Shown: piece by piece, positions 1 through 12,610 of the stretch | Layout of the letters: each line of letters starts with the position of its first letter | How positions within the stretch are numbered: position 1 is the stretch's first letter | NCBI GenBank assembly: GCA_043228905.1 | Contig: JBHGNT010000008.1 | Location: 16,864,001-16,928,000 of the forward strand | Length of the DNA: 64,000 nucleotides | Reading direction: 5' to 3' | Source of the DNA: Azolla caroliniana | Lineage: Eukaryota; Plantae; Polypodiophyta | The notes under the pieces: model-generated | What the model was told of the DNA's origin: nothing | What the model saw: the letters and a program-made list of their open reading frames with translations, nothing else | Databases searched by the model: none | Position numbers and translations under genes: made by a program

Positions 1-2601
1 CAAGAAAAAGGATGGATCACTTCCTCTTGTTATAGATTACCGTGGCTTGAATAAGGTCACCATCAGGAATACGTATGCACTCCCCCTTATCTCAAGTCTT
101 TTAGAACGGATCAATGGTGCAAGGTTCTTCACAAAGATAAACTTACAAGGAGCATATAACCTCATACGGATCCGACTAGGAGATGAATGGAAGACCGCAT
201 TTCACACTAGATATGGGCACTTTGAGTATACGGTCATGCCATTCGGTCTCACTAATGCACTAACAGTCTTCAAACACATGGCAAATGATATATTATGAGA
301 TCTCGTGGATGTTTGTTTGATCATCTATTTGGATGATCTACTGGTTTATTCGAAGACCCAAGAAGAGCATGATTCTCATGTACTGTTAGTACTAAAACAA
401 CTTTGAGAACATGGTCTTTATGCAAAACTGGAAAAATGTAGTTTCGAGTGCAACCAAGTGGAATTTCTAGGCTATGTCATCTCCTCGGAAGGCATCTCTA
501 TGGATCCAGCTAAGGTCAAAACTGTGGTAGAGTGGCAGACTCCACGTTCGTTGCGAGATGTGCAATGCTTTTTAGGCTTTGCCAATTTTTACCGCAAGTT
601 TATACATGATTATTCAAAGCTTATTCTGGCTCTCACACAACTTACCAAGAAGGGGCAATCATTTGTTTGGTCTAAAGAAGTGGACAAGGCTTTTGAGAGT
701 CTTACGAAGGCATTAACATCAGCTCCTATCCTAGTCCATGTTGATCCGAAAAAACCGTTCATCATTGAGGTAGACGCGTCGGATTTCGTCTTGGGTAGTA
801 TTCTATCACAACGAGGCGATGATGAAAAGCTACACCTTGTGGCTTTCCACTTGCACAAGTTTGACACCGCCGAAATCAACTATGAAATTCATGATAAAGA
901 GCTATTAGAAATAGTGGACTCTTTTACGCAATGGAGGCATTTTCTAGAGGGATCTTCTCATCAAGTCACCATATTCAGTAATCACAAAAATCTTGCCTAC
1001 TTCTAGAATGCTCGTGTATTAAATCGACATCAAGCTCGGTGGGCCCAATTCCTCACTTGTTTCGACTTCAAAATTACATATCGTCTTGGGAAACAACAAG
1101 GGAAGGCAGATGTGTTATCACAACGCTCGTATCTAACACCGCGTCCCGGTGAGCTAGCATTCGATAAAACAAGTAATCCTGGGACCGACATGACTGCAAG
1201 CAACACGTGTTTTCGATATGCCATTGGATTCCCACATTATTGATACCATACGTGAGGACTTGAAGACAGATGCTTTCGTGACAAGCCATTCTAGCACAAA
1301 TTGATCCCTCTCGGGCATCTTGTTCACAGTTGCAACAACCAAATTTGAATGTCATGATGGATTACTATTCTTTAAGAAACTCTTGATGTTCCTAATGGTT
1401 CAGGTTGCCTTTGAGTAATCCAAAACTTTCATGAAACATATACAGTTGGGCATTTCGGTAGTACTAAAACGTTGGATTTAGTACAACGATAATTTTGGTG
1501 GCCTCATATGCGATGATTTGTCGAAGACTATGTTCGGACATGTGATACATGTTGTAGGGCAAAGATGCCAAGACATCATCCATATGGTTTATTGGAACCA
1601 TTGCCAATTCCAGGTAAGACGTGACAATCCATTTCTCCAGATTTCATCACAGATCTTCCAGTTTCAAAGGGATTCGATACGATCTTAATAGTAGTAGATT
1701 GATATACGAAGATGGCACATTTTCTGCCTTGTACTAAGGAAATCACTAGTGAAGAAACCGCCGAAATTGTCATGCGAGAGGTATGTCAGCATCATGGTCT
1801 CCCCGATAGCATCATCACCGACCGTGGACCCCAATTCGTCTCAAAATTCTGGAAGCATCTCTTCAAAATGCTCAAGGTCACTTGTAATCTCTCCTTCGGC
1901 TATCACCCACAAACAGATGGACAAGCAGAACGAACGAATCAAATGCTGGAAAAGTATCTTCGATGTTTTCTAATCTATCAACAAGATGATTGGGTGGATA
2001 TTCTCCACTTTGCAGAATTTGTGTATAATAACTCTGTCCACTCATCGACTAGGGTTACACCATTTTATGCTTATGTGGGCTATCATCCCCGGTTGTGTGT
2101 ATTTGAAACTCCGGAGTTACCCATAAATCCTTCTGCAGAGGATCGTTTGGAGCGGCTACGCAAGATACCGGTAGACTTATCTACTCATTTACAACAAGCT
2201 CAACAAACACAGAAGGATTATGCGGATCGTCATCGGCTTCCATCCAGTTTTAACATTGGAGATCGGATATGGCTATTACGACAACACATCAAGACTACTT
2301 GACCATGCGATAAATTGGATTATCGGCAATTAGGTCCTTTCTATATTATCGAAAAAATTAATCATGTCGCTTTTTGTCTCGATCTACCTTCGCAACTACA
2401 GATACATTCGGTTTTTTTCATAGTTCTCTTCTCAAACCGTATCACGACAACACTATTCCGAATCGTATTATACCACCTCCACCCTCGATCGAGCTTGAAA
2501 CAAGACCAGAGTATGAAGTAGCTACCATCCTTGATTCCAAGATTGTTTGCAACAAGCTCTACTATTTGGTTGATTGGCTAGGCTATAGTCCAAGTGAGCG
2601 T
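1..2601 (+). pseudogene. pol: G1: Ty3/gypsy chromovirus (Tcn1-like) pol, degenerate: RT, RNase H, integrase, first half of chromodomain
   Basis: RT motifs ([29 protein letters not shown]), RNase H (EVDASD, NYEIHDKELL), integrase (ITDRGPQF, YHPQTDGQAER), chromodomain start EYEVATILDSKI..YLVDWLGYSPSE; several stops and frameshifts. Confidence 0.93.
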
Positions 2602-3232
2602 TGTCGTGTTGTTACACTTTCATGTGTGAAATAGGTGGGACCACGAGGGCACTGAACCGAGGAGTGAGAGAGACAAGAGGAGGTGAAAAGCACACAAGTG
2701 TAAGGCTTGCTAGACCTGTCAGCAACTGGCGGCACTTACCCGTTGATTGAACCACCAACGCGTATACCGATTGAATCAAGGAGCACACTCGGGAGAAGTG
2801 AAAGAAGACACTCCCGGAAACACAGATAACACAGATAACACAGAAACAAGAGATTCAATTACAATAACCGTGACAATTACAACGATGGCAACCCTGTAGA
2901 GAATGATGGTAGAGGAAGAGAGAGCTCGGTTCCCAGTCCGACATCACCTCCTTCTTTTCCCAAAACGTGATACCCCCTTCTTCTCCTCCCCTCCCTCTTA
3001 TATGTTACCGAGGAGGCCGTTACATCCCAAACACATTAATTTTATTCTCTGTCCCTTCGGACAGAGATACACATCGATTTTCCTAATTAACAAATATCTC
3101 ATACCTAGTATATTTACATCAGTTGTCCTATTCCTAGTTATATACAATGTATCAATTCACGCACACCCGTGAAAGGGTGGGTTCACGCCTTGAACTCCTT
3201 GATTCCTCTTAGGGCCGGTTTTCTTCACGACA
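2602..3232 (-). repeat. G2 3' LTR
   Basis: Direct repeat of 20440-21116; adjacent tccacccccacc (3233-) is the minus-strand PPT. Confidence 0.93.
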
Positions 3233-3299
3233 TCCACCCCCACCAAACAGCGCATCCACCGGTATGCGCCAGACACGAACAATTGCCGGAGAAGACTGG

Positions 3300-4672
3300 C
3301 CCGTAATCATCCGTCACCTCCCGAATCCTTGTTAGCTCCGAACCGGTCGTCGTCGTCGTCGGTCACGCTTCCCAGGTTTGGCTCGTCCTCATGCCGCTTC
3401 TTGAATGCCTTGATCCGCTTCCCGGCTACCGACGCTGTTAATCACGTCTCGTTGAGCTTTGCAAGATGGTATGTCCCGTTGTCATTTGCGCTCGTAACGA
3501 CGTAGGGCCCGAACCACCTCCTCGTGAATTTGCGCATTGCCTTGTGCTGGTTGTCGAGGCTGTTGTTGTACACTAGCACCCAGTCGCCTTCCTCGATCTT
3601 CTTTGGCCGCAATCGATGCTTTCGATCGAACCGGCCTTTATTCCTCTCCCTCGCCGCATGTAGCTTCACCTTTGCTCGTTCCACATCCTCCGGTCTTCAC
3701 TCGAGCTGTCAAATCCATGCCCCCAACATCTCCTCCCGGCTCATCTCATTTCTCTAATCTATCACTGCCCAAGAAGAAATCGTGCGGTCCACCGGCATGA
3801 TTGGCTTCTGCCCGTACATCAGCTCCGCTGGCATGAACCATGTTACCGAACTGTGCGTAGTCCGGTTCGCCCACAACGCGTAAGGAAGGAGCCGCGGCCA
3901 ATTCCCGACCTGTCTGTCGCACACACGTACCGACGCCTTCACGATCGGCCCGTGTCCGCGTTCTACCTTCTCGTTGGCCTCCGGATTGTATGCCGCGGTG
4001 AGAGAGAGACTGACCCCTAGCTGGTCGAACAACTCCTCAGCTTCTTGTGTGTCCAGCTCTCATCGGTCCGCTATGATCTTCCCCACGCACCCATACCAGC
4101 CTCTTCGATCAGAAACCGGCACACCGTTGCAGTCGTCTTATTCTGCAACGCGCGGCCGTCCACCTGGTTTGTCAAATCCTCTCGCGCAAGCACCAGGTAC
4201 CGCATCTGCCCTACCCCCATCGACATCGTTACTAAGTCTACCATCCATTTGAAATGGATGGTTGGCGGGTAGGTCGGGTGTAGCTCATCTAGATGTCGGA
4301 CTGTGGAGTGCAGTTGATAGCTTTCGCACGTCGTCATGAATTGGTACACATCCCGGTACAGCCCCGACCACCAATACTTCTCTTTTAGTTTCTCGAACGT
4401 AGTCCATGTCCTGCGGTACCCGGCCCAAGGACTCTTGTGGTACGCCGTTAACAACTTGTCCTGCTCGTCCTTTCTCACCATTACGCTGAGCGGAACGCCG
4501 CCTCGCTTCTTTGGGAGCTTCCATATACTTCCGTCCCGTAGGAAGAATCAATACGCTTTCTTTTGGATCCGGTTAGCCTCCTCTCTGGTCCATGCCGCGT
4601 CCGGCGTAATTGTCCTTAGGAACCTTCCAATCTGGAGCCACTCCTCGTCGTACTCGCTCTCGTTGAACCCGT
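3300..4672 (-). pseudogene. G2 integrase, frameshifted
   Basis: HHCC-like region (YHKSPWAGY..CESY), core (REDLTNQVDGRAL, AYNPEANEKVERGH), C-terminal WFGPYVV. Confidence 0.88.
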
Positions 4673-4808
4673 TGTCGCGTTATTACGCGCGTGCGTGTAG
4701 AAGGGCGGGACCATAGGGGTCTCGAACGAGGGAAGAAGGGAAGCCGAGAAGACGATTCCGGACGCGTTCCGGAAGCAATCGAACGGGAGAGAGAAAGAGA
4801 GAGAGCGC

Positions 4809-5967
4809 TGTCGTGAAGATTCGTCACTAGGCGCGGATCGCGAGGCGGAACCACCGGGGTTCTGGACCGGAAGGATTCGAAGTTGGCGCTAGCTTTAACG
4901 AGAAAGGATTTAAGATAGATTGAAAGAGAGAGAGATTGAGATAAGATAGAACGATTGATTTTAGATTTGAAGAACAAGATGGATAACAAATTTTCTTCTT
5001 AATATTAATTTTGGTATAAAGTACAAAGCTCTTGATAAGAATTTTTACATTCCAAAAATCCCCCATTGATCTTTTTCATTCCCTCTTTTATAGATGCCCT
5101 CATGCATTTGAGGGTTCAAGACATGCATTTTATGCATGTTTGCCATTTGGCGCTCATGTACTACATGTGGTGCATGATAACCATGTCACTCATTTTAGCT
5201 CTCATGTATGAGAATTTATATATGAAAGTACAGTAATAGAAATATAATGTCAACTAAATGTCTTGGCTTAGTGGTAATCCAATTGACTCTTAACTTGGAG
5301 GTGCAAGGTTCGAATCTTTACTTGCCCTCCTTGTATATATGTATATATATTTATATATTTATTTATCTAGTTGCAGGATGCCGGTTTCCGGATGCCTTCG
5401 GTCACCGGTGGCTACTGCCTCGTCGGCGCCGGATGCCTTCGGTCACCGGTGGCCGCAGGCTCAACGGTGCACCGCCGGATGTCGGTTTCGCCGGCTCCGT
5501 CAGATCACCAGTTGCCGGTGTGCCACCGTCGCTTTACCGGCTACCGCTGGAGCACCGGCTCCATCGCCGAACCGGTTTTGGTTGGGCAAAACCTTTACGA
5601 GTGCTAGGCCACCTCCACTCTTAGTTCAAGTTACCTTGAACTCTCTATGCTCCACACATAGACACAAAGATAAATAGCTTTTTGCTCTACCTTATATATG
5701 ATGAGAGCCGTATTTGTCGTGCCTATGTGGGATATCTCACAGTTTTCTCTTTTCCTTTCACAAACTTTATACCCTCATATCTTGACATCTAGTTGTTCGT
5801 TTCTCGTGTAATAACGTGCATTCGAAAGCTCTTGAAGGCCTCCATCATTTTGTACTTAGATATTAAACTTATTTAAAATGTTATCTTCACTATTGTTTTA
5901 TGTGATTCATACTCGATTTTGTACGTTTTATGTGTTTTTCACACCATTGCCAAAAATCTTCACGAAA
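4809..5967 (-). mobile_element. Solo LTR of the G4 family inserted in the G3 3' LTR
   Basis: Termini TGTCGTGAAGATT...AATCTTCACGA(A)A; TSD GCGC/ACGC; absent from the sister LTR; reverse complement resembles 25654-26878. Confidence 0.88.
5255..5330 (+). other. tRNA-derived (Lys-CUU-like) segment with Pol III A and B boxes inside the LTR; not a functional tRNA gene
   Basis: A box TGGCTTAGTGG 5264-5274, GACTCTTAA anticodon-like loop, B box GGTTCGAATC 5307-5316; acceptor stem not convincing. Confidence 0.55.
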
Positions 5968-7359
5968 ACGCGCGCTTGACACCGACTCACACCCACACAC
6001 ACACACCATGCCGACCCAACTCACGCCCTTATGTACAGAAACGGAGGTAAGAGAACACCAAAACACCCACACAAACACAGATACGCAGAACCCTCCAGGC
6101 ATATATTACACGACTAAGATACAATATTGGTATCGAGCCCGACCTAAGTAGCTTAGGTTGCAACAGTCGTCTACTACCAAGCCGCCGGTCGGGGAGCTCT
6201 CGGGCTTGTCGCGCCGAGCGGGGTCTTGCAAAGGGGACGGGGCAGCAAACATAAACACTAGAAGTCCTGGCTCAATACACAGAATGACGAAGAGGAAGAG
6301 GAAGAGATGATGTCTCTTAATCCAATGGTATACCCTACGAATGCAAAAATGGGCAACCCCTTCACAAGAGGCGCTCCCTTCCTTTTATAGAACAAGGAGG
6401 GAGATGCGTTACAATGTGGGATAAATCCCGACTTACATGGGATTCTCTGTCCCGACTTGACTACTCTTCGGTGCCATAAAGGCGCCCTCGTTATTCACAC
6501 TAAATGTACAAGGGTGATCGCACATGCTGCACCCTGTCGATGTAGCCAATATTTCCCGGTTTCCGCCTCTGGCTGAAATTCTTCACGACATCCGCCCCCA
6601 CCAAACCGCACGTCCACCGGTACATGCCAAATCCGGTGAAGGGTGAGAGATTTCGGCCGGTGAGAAACCGGTCTTCCGTAATCCGCATCCCGGCTCGTTG
6701 CTGGTTTGAACCGTCGGCTTCGGTTCTCCCCCGTAGGCTCGTTCGACCCGTCGATGGGTCCTTCGCCGCGATCTCCGTAGTACGCGTACTTCCATTGGCC
6801 CTTGTTCGGCCGTATGCATGCTCCGCTCTACGCCGTATGCCCGATGTCCTCCGCTTGAGGAACGCCCGTAGTGGCCTGCTTGGCCTCCGTCGACCATTCG
6901 TGTTGTCCTGATTGCGGTCCCATGTTGTTTCGCGCTGCCTTCGTCCCCTCGCCGCCACCTTCCTTCTCCTTGGTCTTACGTCGCCACGTCGGCTCGGACC
7001 GCCAAGGTCTTCGGAACGGTGTGGAGGATCCTTCTTCGGTTTTCTACGTGCGACCTCCGAACCGTGCAACCCATTCTTTGCGCTCACCTTTCTGCTTCAA
7101 CACCCCCGTGTGCCGCGTTCCACTTCCTTTGTTCGGCACCGCTCGTGCTGAACACCGTCTTGTAGTCACGCTTCGATCCGGCCCGCGATGGCCACTTGCG
7201 AGACTCTTGTTCCGTCCTAGGTGTGCCTTTCCTGCCTGACACACCTCCCTGTGTTTGCCCCTACCGGCTCCTTTTGAAACCGTAATCGGCCGGTAAGGGT
7301 TTCGCACTTCGTTCGCCCCCGTCTTACCGACTCCCGATCCGCTATCTCGTGTCGCCGGG

Positions 7360-8510
7360 TCCCGTTCCCTGTCGCCACCGTCCATCTCCCTAGGTCTCAC
7401 GTTGCCACGTTGGCCGAACTGCCGAAGTCTCCGGATCGGTGTGAGGGTCCCATAGGACTGGACTCCGTTTCTTTGCTTGCTGAAATTCAGGGTGTCTTTT
7501 GTCGGAGTCCTTCGCGACTCTCCTCGTGTCTTCCGCTTAGCCGGGTCCTGCCTTCGTGTTGCCGGGTCTCGTTTCCTGCTGCCACGGTCCTTCTCTCTAG
7601 GTCTCACGTTGCCACGTTGGCCGAACTGCTAGAGTCTTTGGATCGGTGTGGGGATCCCGTAGGACCGGACTTCCTTATGCCCACTGACCTTGCTGGAAGG
7701 TTCGATTCGGTTCGTAGCCACCTCGCCGGCCTGATACCTTCTTTCTTTGCTTTCGTCGTCCGATTACGTTCACCTGCCGCCACCGTCCTCTCCTATAGGA
7801 CTCACGCCGGCACTCAGGCCGATAGCCGGATCGGTGTGAGGATCTTCGTGGGACCTCGGTTTGCCCGCCTTGCCGCCGCCACCGCCCGTCACTCTAGGTC
7901 TCACGTCAGCACTCGGGCCAACCGCCAGAGCCTCTAGGGCTGGTGTGTGTAAGGTCGCCGCACCACCGCTTGTCTCGTTCGTCCTCCGCATCGGCCTCTT
8001 CGGCTGGTCGCGTTCACCTGCCGCCACCGTCCTTTCCTATAGGACTCACGCCGGCACTCGAGCCGACAGCTAGATCGGTGTGAGGATCTTCGCAAACCGC
8101 CCATCCGCAGCTCTTTGTCTTCGTCCCCTCGCCGCCACCGATCATCACTCTAGGCCTCACGCCGGCTCTCGGGCCGACCGCCGGAGTCTCTAGAACCGGT
8201 GTGAAGGATCCTCCTCGGGCTCGTCGTATCTCTGACCCTTATCCTGGGTCTTCCTTCTTTCGCAAGCCGAGAGGGTGGCTCGCTCCACACCCTCTCCCGT
8301 GGTACTGATGTACCGTGTCCCCGGCCTCTTCGTAGGCCTCCTCTTCCTGCCTCCCGGAATGGTTATCCGGCAGTCCGCTCCGCTCGGTTCTCGTCCGTCA
8401 TTCTCTGGATTGCCGGGTCCCGTTCTCCTGTTGCCACCGATCTCTCCTATAGGACTCACGCCGGCACTCGGGCCGACAACCGGATTGGTATGAGGATCTC
8501 CGTAGGACCG
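7360..8510. repeat. Dispersed degenerate GC-rich repeats in the G3 internal region
   Basis: About 6-7 copies of gccaccg..ctag/ataggNctcacg..ggatcggtgtgagg. Confidence 0.75.
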
Positions 8511-8873
8511 GTCTTCGTTCTCCTCTTTATCCTTTGTACTTCTCCTGAACTCGTCGTTGCTCTCCTTCTTGCGTACCCGCCTCCATCTCCCATCTCTCCA
8601 GGTCTCACGCCGACGCTCGTTGCCGGCTGCCTAAGTCTCTGGATAAGACGTGGTGTTTCCGTCCCGTAATGATTTGCGAATGCTCATTCAGGATACTACT
8701 CCCAAGCACGTTCGGTGAGAAGCATCTGGACTTCGATTGATCAAGTGCCGCCTGCACTTGATTCTCCAATGTCCGGAGTTTCGGGCAGCGGGGTTTGAAA
8801 CTTGCCGGTCTCTCTCCGCAACTTCGATCGCTTGCTTCCCGATTTGCGGCCTTCGCCTGGCCGGCTTGTGTCC

Positions 8874-9689
8874 TCATGTAAAAGAGAGCGATTTGTTTCG
8901 CACCCTCTTCCGCGCTGGCACTATCGTACCAAACCGAGCCCTACCGTCGTACCGGTCTTCTGCCATCGCGTGGGGCAAGTCCGTCTCCTCGGTCTCGGCT
9001 TGCGGCCTCGATCTTTCCTCTTCCTCGAGCATCGCCCTGAGAGCTGCGTACGCCTCCGCAATCCTAGCCCCAACGCCGACCCTTGCCGACTCTCTTTGCC
9101 GTTCGGCTTCTTCCCGCTGTGATGGCATGCTGTCGCGCGCCTTCCTCTTAACCTTCTCGGCTCGCTCGTCATCTAGCCATTGGCACACCCTTCCGACCTT
9201 TGACCAGTCCTCGGTGAGGCCATTCGCTCCGTCCTCGTCTTCGAGCTCAATCCCGATGGCCTCCCGTTCCGCTCGGTCGATCGACTTAACGAACAACAGG
9301 ACTTTGTCCGCCCCCACCAAACCTTCTTCTTGCTCCAAGAGCCGAGCAAGCCGCCGCTCGTACTCTTGGAACGCCTTCATTGCGCCCCGGTGGGTCTTCG
9401 CCAACGATATCCATTGGTCGAAGTCACGCCTTCCCCGGCCTTTCGGCCGCCCTCCGTATGCCTTCAGGAGCGCCTCTTCGAAGGCCTCCCACGAACTATG
9501 AGCCTCACGGAGCTCCTTTACTTCCGCATGCATCCGGACAGCTACGACCCGAAAGAAGAACTCCAGCCTCAACGCCTCGTCTACGCCACACACTTCCATT
9601 TCTGTGTTGTAGGCTTCCAAGTAAAATGGGACCTTGTCCCCATTGAAACGGCCGACTCGATTGACCACCCACTCAATCACTTGCTGCAC
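8874..9689 (-). CDS. gag: G3 Gag (capsid-like) ORF, 271 aa
   Basis: GRFNGDKVPFYLEAY...LLFVKSID..R..IGIELED..GLTEDW aligns with the G2 and G4 Gag; lies just downstream of the PBS. Confidence 0.8.
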   Translation of the reverse strand: MQQVIEWVVNRVGRFNGDKVPFYLEAYNTEMEVCGVDEALRLEFFFRVVAVRMHAEVKELREAHSSWEAFEEALLKAYGGRPKGRGRRDFDQWISLAKTHRGAMKAFQEYERRLARLLEQEEGLVGADKVLLFVKSIDRAEREAIGIELEDEDGANGLTEDWSKVGRVCQWLDDERAEKVKRKARDSMPSQREEAERQRESARVGVGARIAEAYAALRAMLEEEERSRPQAETEETDLPHAMAEDRYDGRARFGTIVPARKRVRNKSLSFT

Positions 9690-9792
9690 TGCGCTGACTC
9701 TCGTCTTGCTGTAGCCCGTCCAACTCCCTCACCGCTTCGACAAAAAGTTGTGAGAAGTCGTCTTCTTCCAACTCCATTCTCCCTTGCCGCCC

Positions 9793-9810
9793 TTCACGTC
9801 GGGTTCACCA
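9793..9810 (-). promoter_or_regulatory. Primer-binding site for tRNA-Trp (G3)
   Basis: + strand ttcacgtcgggttcacca equals the 3' end of plant cytosolic tRNA-Trp including CCA. Confidence 0.85.
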
Positions 9811-9814
9811 AATA

Positions 9815-10569
9815 TGTCGCGTTATTACGCGAATGTGTGTAGAAGGGCGGGACCACGGGGGTCTCGGACGAGGGAAGAAGGGAAGCCGAGAAGACGATTC
9901 CGGACGCGTTCTAGAAGCAACCGAACGGGAGAGAGAAAGAGAGAGAGCGCGCGCTTGACACCGACTCACGCCCACACACACACACCATGCCGACCCAACA
10001 CACGCCCTTATGTATAGAAACGGATGTAAGAGAACACCAAAACACCCACACAAACACAGATACGCAGAACCCTCCAGGCATATATTACACGACTAAGATA
10101 CAATATTGGTATCGAGCCCGACCTAAGTAGCTTAGGTTGCAACAATCGTCTACTACCAAGCCGCCGGTCGGGGAGCTCTCGGGCTTGTCGCGCCGAGCGG
10201 GGTCTTGCAAAGGGGACGGGGCAGCAAACATAAACACTAGAAGTTCTGGCTCAATACACAGAATGACGAAGAGGAAGAGGAAGAGATGATGTCTCTTAAT
10301 CCAATGGTATACCCTACGAATGCAAAAATGGGCAACCCCTTCACAAGAGGCGCTCCCTTCCTTTTATAGAACAAGGAGGGAGATGCGTTACAATGTGGGA
10401 TAAATCCCGACTTACATGGGATTCTCTGTCCCGACTTGACTACTCTTTGGCGCCATAAAGGCGCCCTCGTTATTCACACTAAATGTACAAGGGTGATCGC
10501 ACATGTTGCACCCCGTCGATGTAGCCAATATTTCCCGGTTTCCGCCTCTGGCCGAAATTCTTCACGACA
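9815..10569 (-). repeat. G3 5' LTR (755 bp)
   Basis: Direct repeat of 4673-4808 plus 5972-6590. Confidence 0.93.
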
Positions 10570-10573
10570 CCGT

Positions 10574-12610
10574 TAAGCGCTGGAGTGCTCCCTGTCCTTG
10601 TCGCTATGCGAGCCAACTCGAAGAAGTCTATGCCCACTTCTTCGTCCTCCGAAACCATGCCATTCTCGTCGTCGAACCGCACTCTAGAAAGCATGTTGGC
10701 CATGGTGTTGTCCTTTCCGGAGATGTGTCGTATCTCCGGATCCAGGGACTTAATGTACGCGATCCACCTGAGCATCGCTAGGTCCGAAGTCGCGCACCCG
10801 GAGACCATTCCGAGGATCAGTAGGCAATCCGTCTTGACTACTGAAACGATACCCCACAGTTCGCGCTTAGCTTGGGCGTATCCTCGTTGTCGCTCACTGA
10901 GAACCTTCGCCTCGAACCGGATCGGGAACCGCGTGCCACTCTCGTCCTCCTGACTGATCACCCATCCTATCCCGGTTGGGCTCATATCTACGGTTAGGTA
11001 GATTGGGACCTCCTTGCCATAAACCGCTTTCAGGAGAGCTGGTGCCGCAATAAGCGCCCCCTTCCGTCTCCGGATCGACTCCGTATGCTCCTTGCCCCAT
11101 TCAAACTTACGCCCCTTTTTCAGCAGCCCGTAGAGTGATTCCGCGATGTGTGCGTAGTGCAGAAACCAGATGTGATAGAATGCACACGCCCCCAAGAACC
11201 TTCAAACCTTCGTAACCGACCCGCATTTGTCCTTCATCGTGGAGATGGACTCCACCTTCGCCGGAGACAATTTCCGGCCATAAGGCCCGCACAAGTGCCC
11301 GACTACTAGGATCTCCAACTGCCCGAAAGGTGACTTCTCTCCGGAGAAGGTGAGCCGCGCACTCTCAAGCCTTTGTAGCACCTTCTCGCAGTCTTTGATG
11401 TGGTTTGCAACAAACCTCCTGCAACCGTCCGGTGCAACTGACTCATCCTTATCTTCCATTGGACATCCCTTTATCGGTATGTCGTCCAAAAATGGCATGG
11501 TGATGTCTGGGATGCAGCCCCTTAGCACTTTGTTCATAGCATTCACCATGTGCGCCACCGAGTTGGTTCCTCCTTGCGGCAAGGTACACATCCGCACTAG
11601 GCTGAGAGGAGTCCACATCGTTGTAATATCCCTGCTCTCCATGGCCAGTTGGAACTGGTCGTACCCCGAGTATAGATCCCCGATCGAGTAGATCGACCTT
11701 TCGGTGAAGGCCTCTGCAAACTCGTTAATGGTCGGCCCGATCCCTGCGTTCCAAATGGTCACCTTGTTGACAGGCTATAGGTCTTGAATAAAGCGCAACG
11801 TGCCGTTCTTCTTAGGCACGATAAACCACCGATTCGAGTATGGGGCACTTGACGGTTCGAGGATGCCCATCTCCACCTTCTGCTTTAACAGCTCCACCAA
11901 CTTTGGGATGTGAGCTTTGGGTACTGGAATCGGTTTGAGATTCCACGGCACATGCATTACCGTAAAGATAACCATCGGCTCAACAACCGTCGGGTGAGAA
12001 TGCGAAGGCCTTCCCGTTCCTCCTGAGCATTCCCCGAAACCGTTCATCCTCCGCCGGCAGTAGAAAGCCACCCCCACCAACCTTGAGCTCCTGTAGCGTT
12101 ATATTGGTGAACCGGTGTCCTATGCTGGCCGGATCCTGTAAACTTGGGTCCCACGTGACCCCCTTTATTCGTTCCTTGCTACCCTCTGGCAAGGGTGCCG
12201 CGACTGGCCTCACCTTCCGGTCCACAGTCTTGTACCTTGTATCCACGCAGGCCGTTCGGTCCGACGCGACCCTTTCCCCAAAGTCAGCGATGACTTCGTA
12301 CATCTCCACAGAACTAACCGGGATCGTCTGGTCCTCACTGAGGCCTTCTACAAACACCTTTCGCAGTGTTCCCAAGGTGTTGTCAAAAGAGACCGCCTCC
12401 ATGGTGCCACCAATTTCTTCATTGGTGTCGAGGACTCCGCACGTCCTGAGTCGTTCCTCTGCCCGCTTCTTTTCCTGGCCGCTGATGCTGGTTATAGTAC
12501 AACCTCCGTTATCGGAGAACCAAAACTTCCTACCTATGGTACATGTGTGGGGTTCCTCCGGGGTGCCCGGACTATCGTGGCCCCACACCTTGATAGCCCT
12601 CTCTAAAATC
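10574..12610 (-). pseudogene. pol: G2 pol: RT and RNase H, disrupted
   Basis: DLYSGYDQF, MCTLPQGGTNSVAHM, PFLDDI, TVDMSPTGIG, YAQAKRELWG. Confidence 0.9.

Larger units (their letters stand above)
4673..10569 (-). mobile_element. G3: non-autonomous gag-only LTR element of the Trp-primed Ty3 group
   Basis: LTRs 4673-6590 (with insertion) and 9815-10569 nearly identical; TSD CCGT (4669-4672 / 10570-10573); Trp PBS 9793-9810; PPT 6591-6602; no RT, RH or INT core motifs internally. Confidence 0.9.

Noticed and set aside
5255-5330. Functional tRNA gene
   Set aside because: Acceptor and anticodon stems do not pair properly; kept only as a tRNA-derived LTR module.
6128-6140. iMet-PBS-like tggtatcgagcc inside the G3 LTR (also near 10107)
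   Set aside because: One base missing, antisense to the element, and no associated LTR end or TSD.
8737-9501. 254-aa antisense ORF over the G3 gag, and similar antisense ORFs over G2, C1 and C2
   Set aside because: Shadow ORFs expected opposite GC-rich coding sequence; no recognisable domain.
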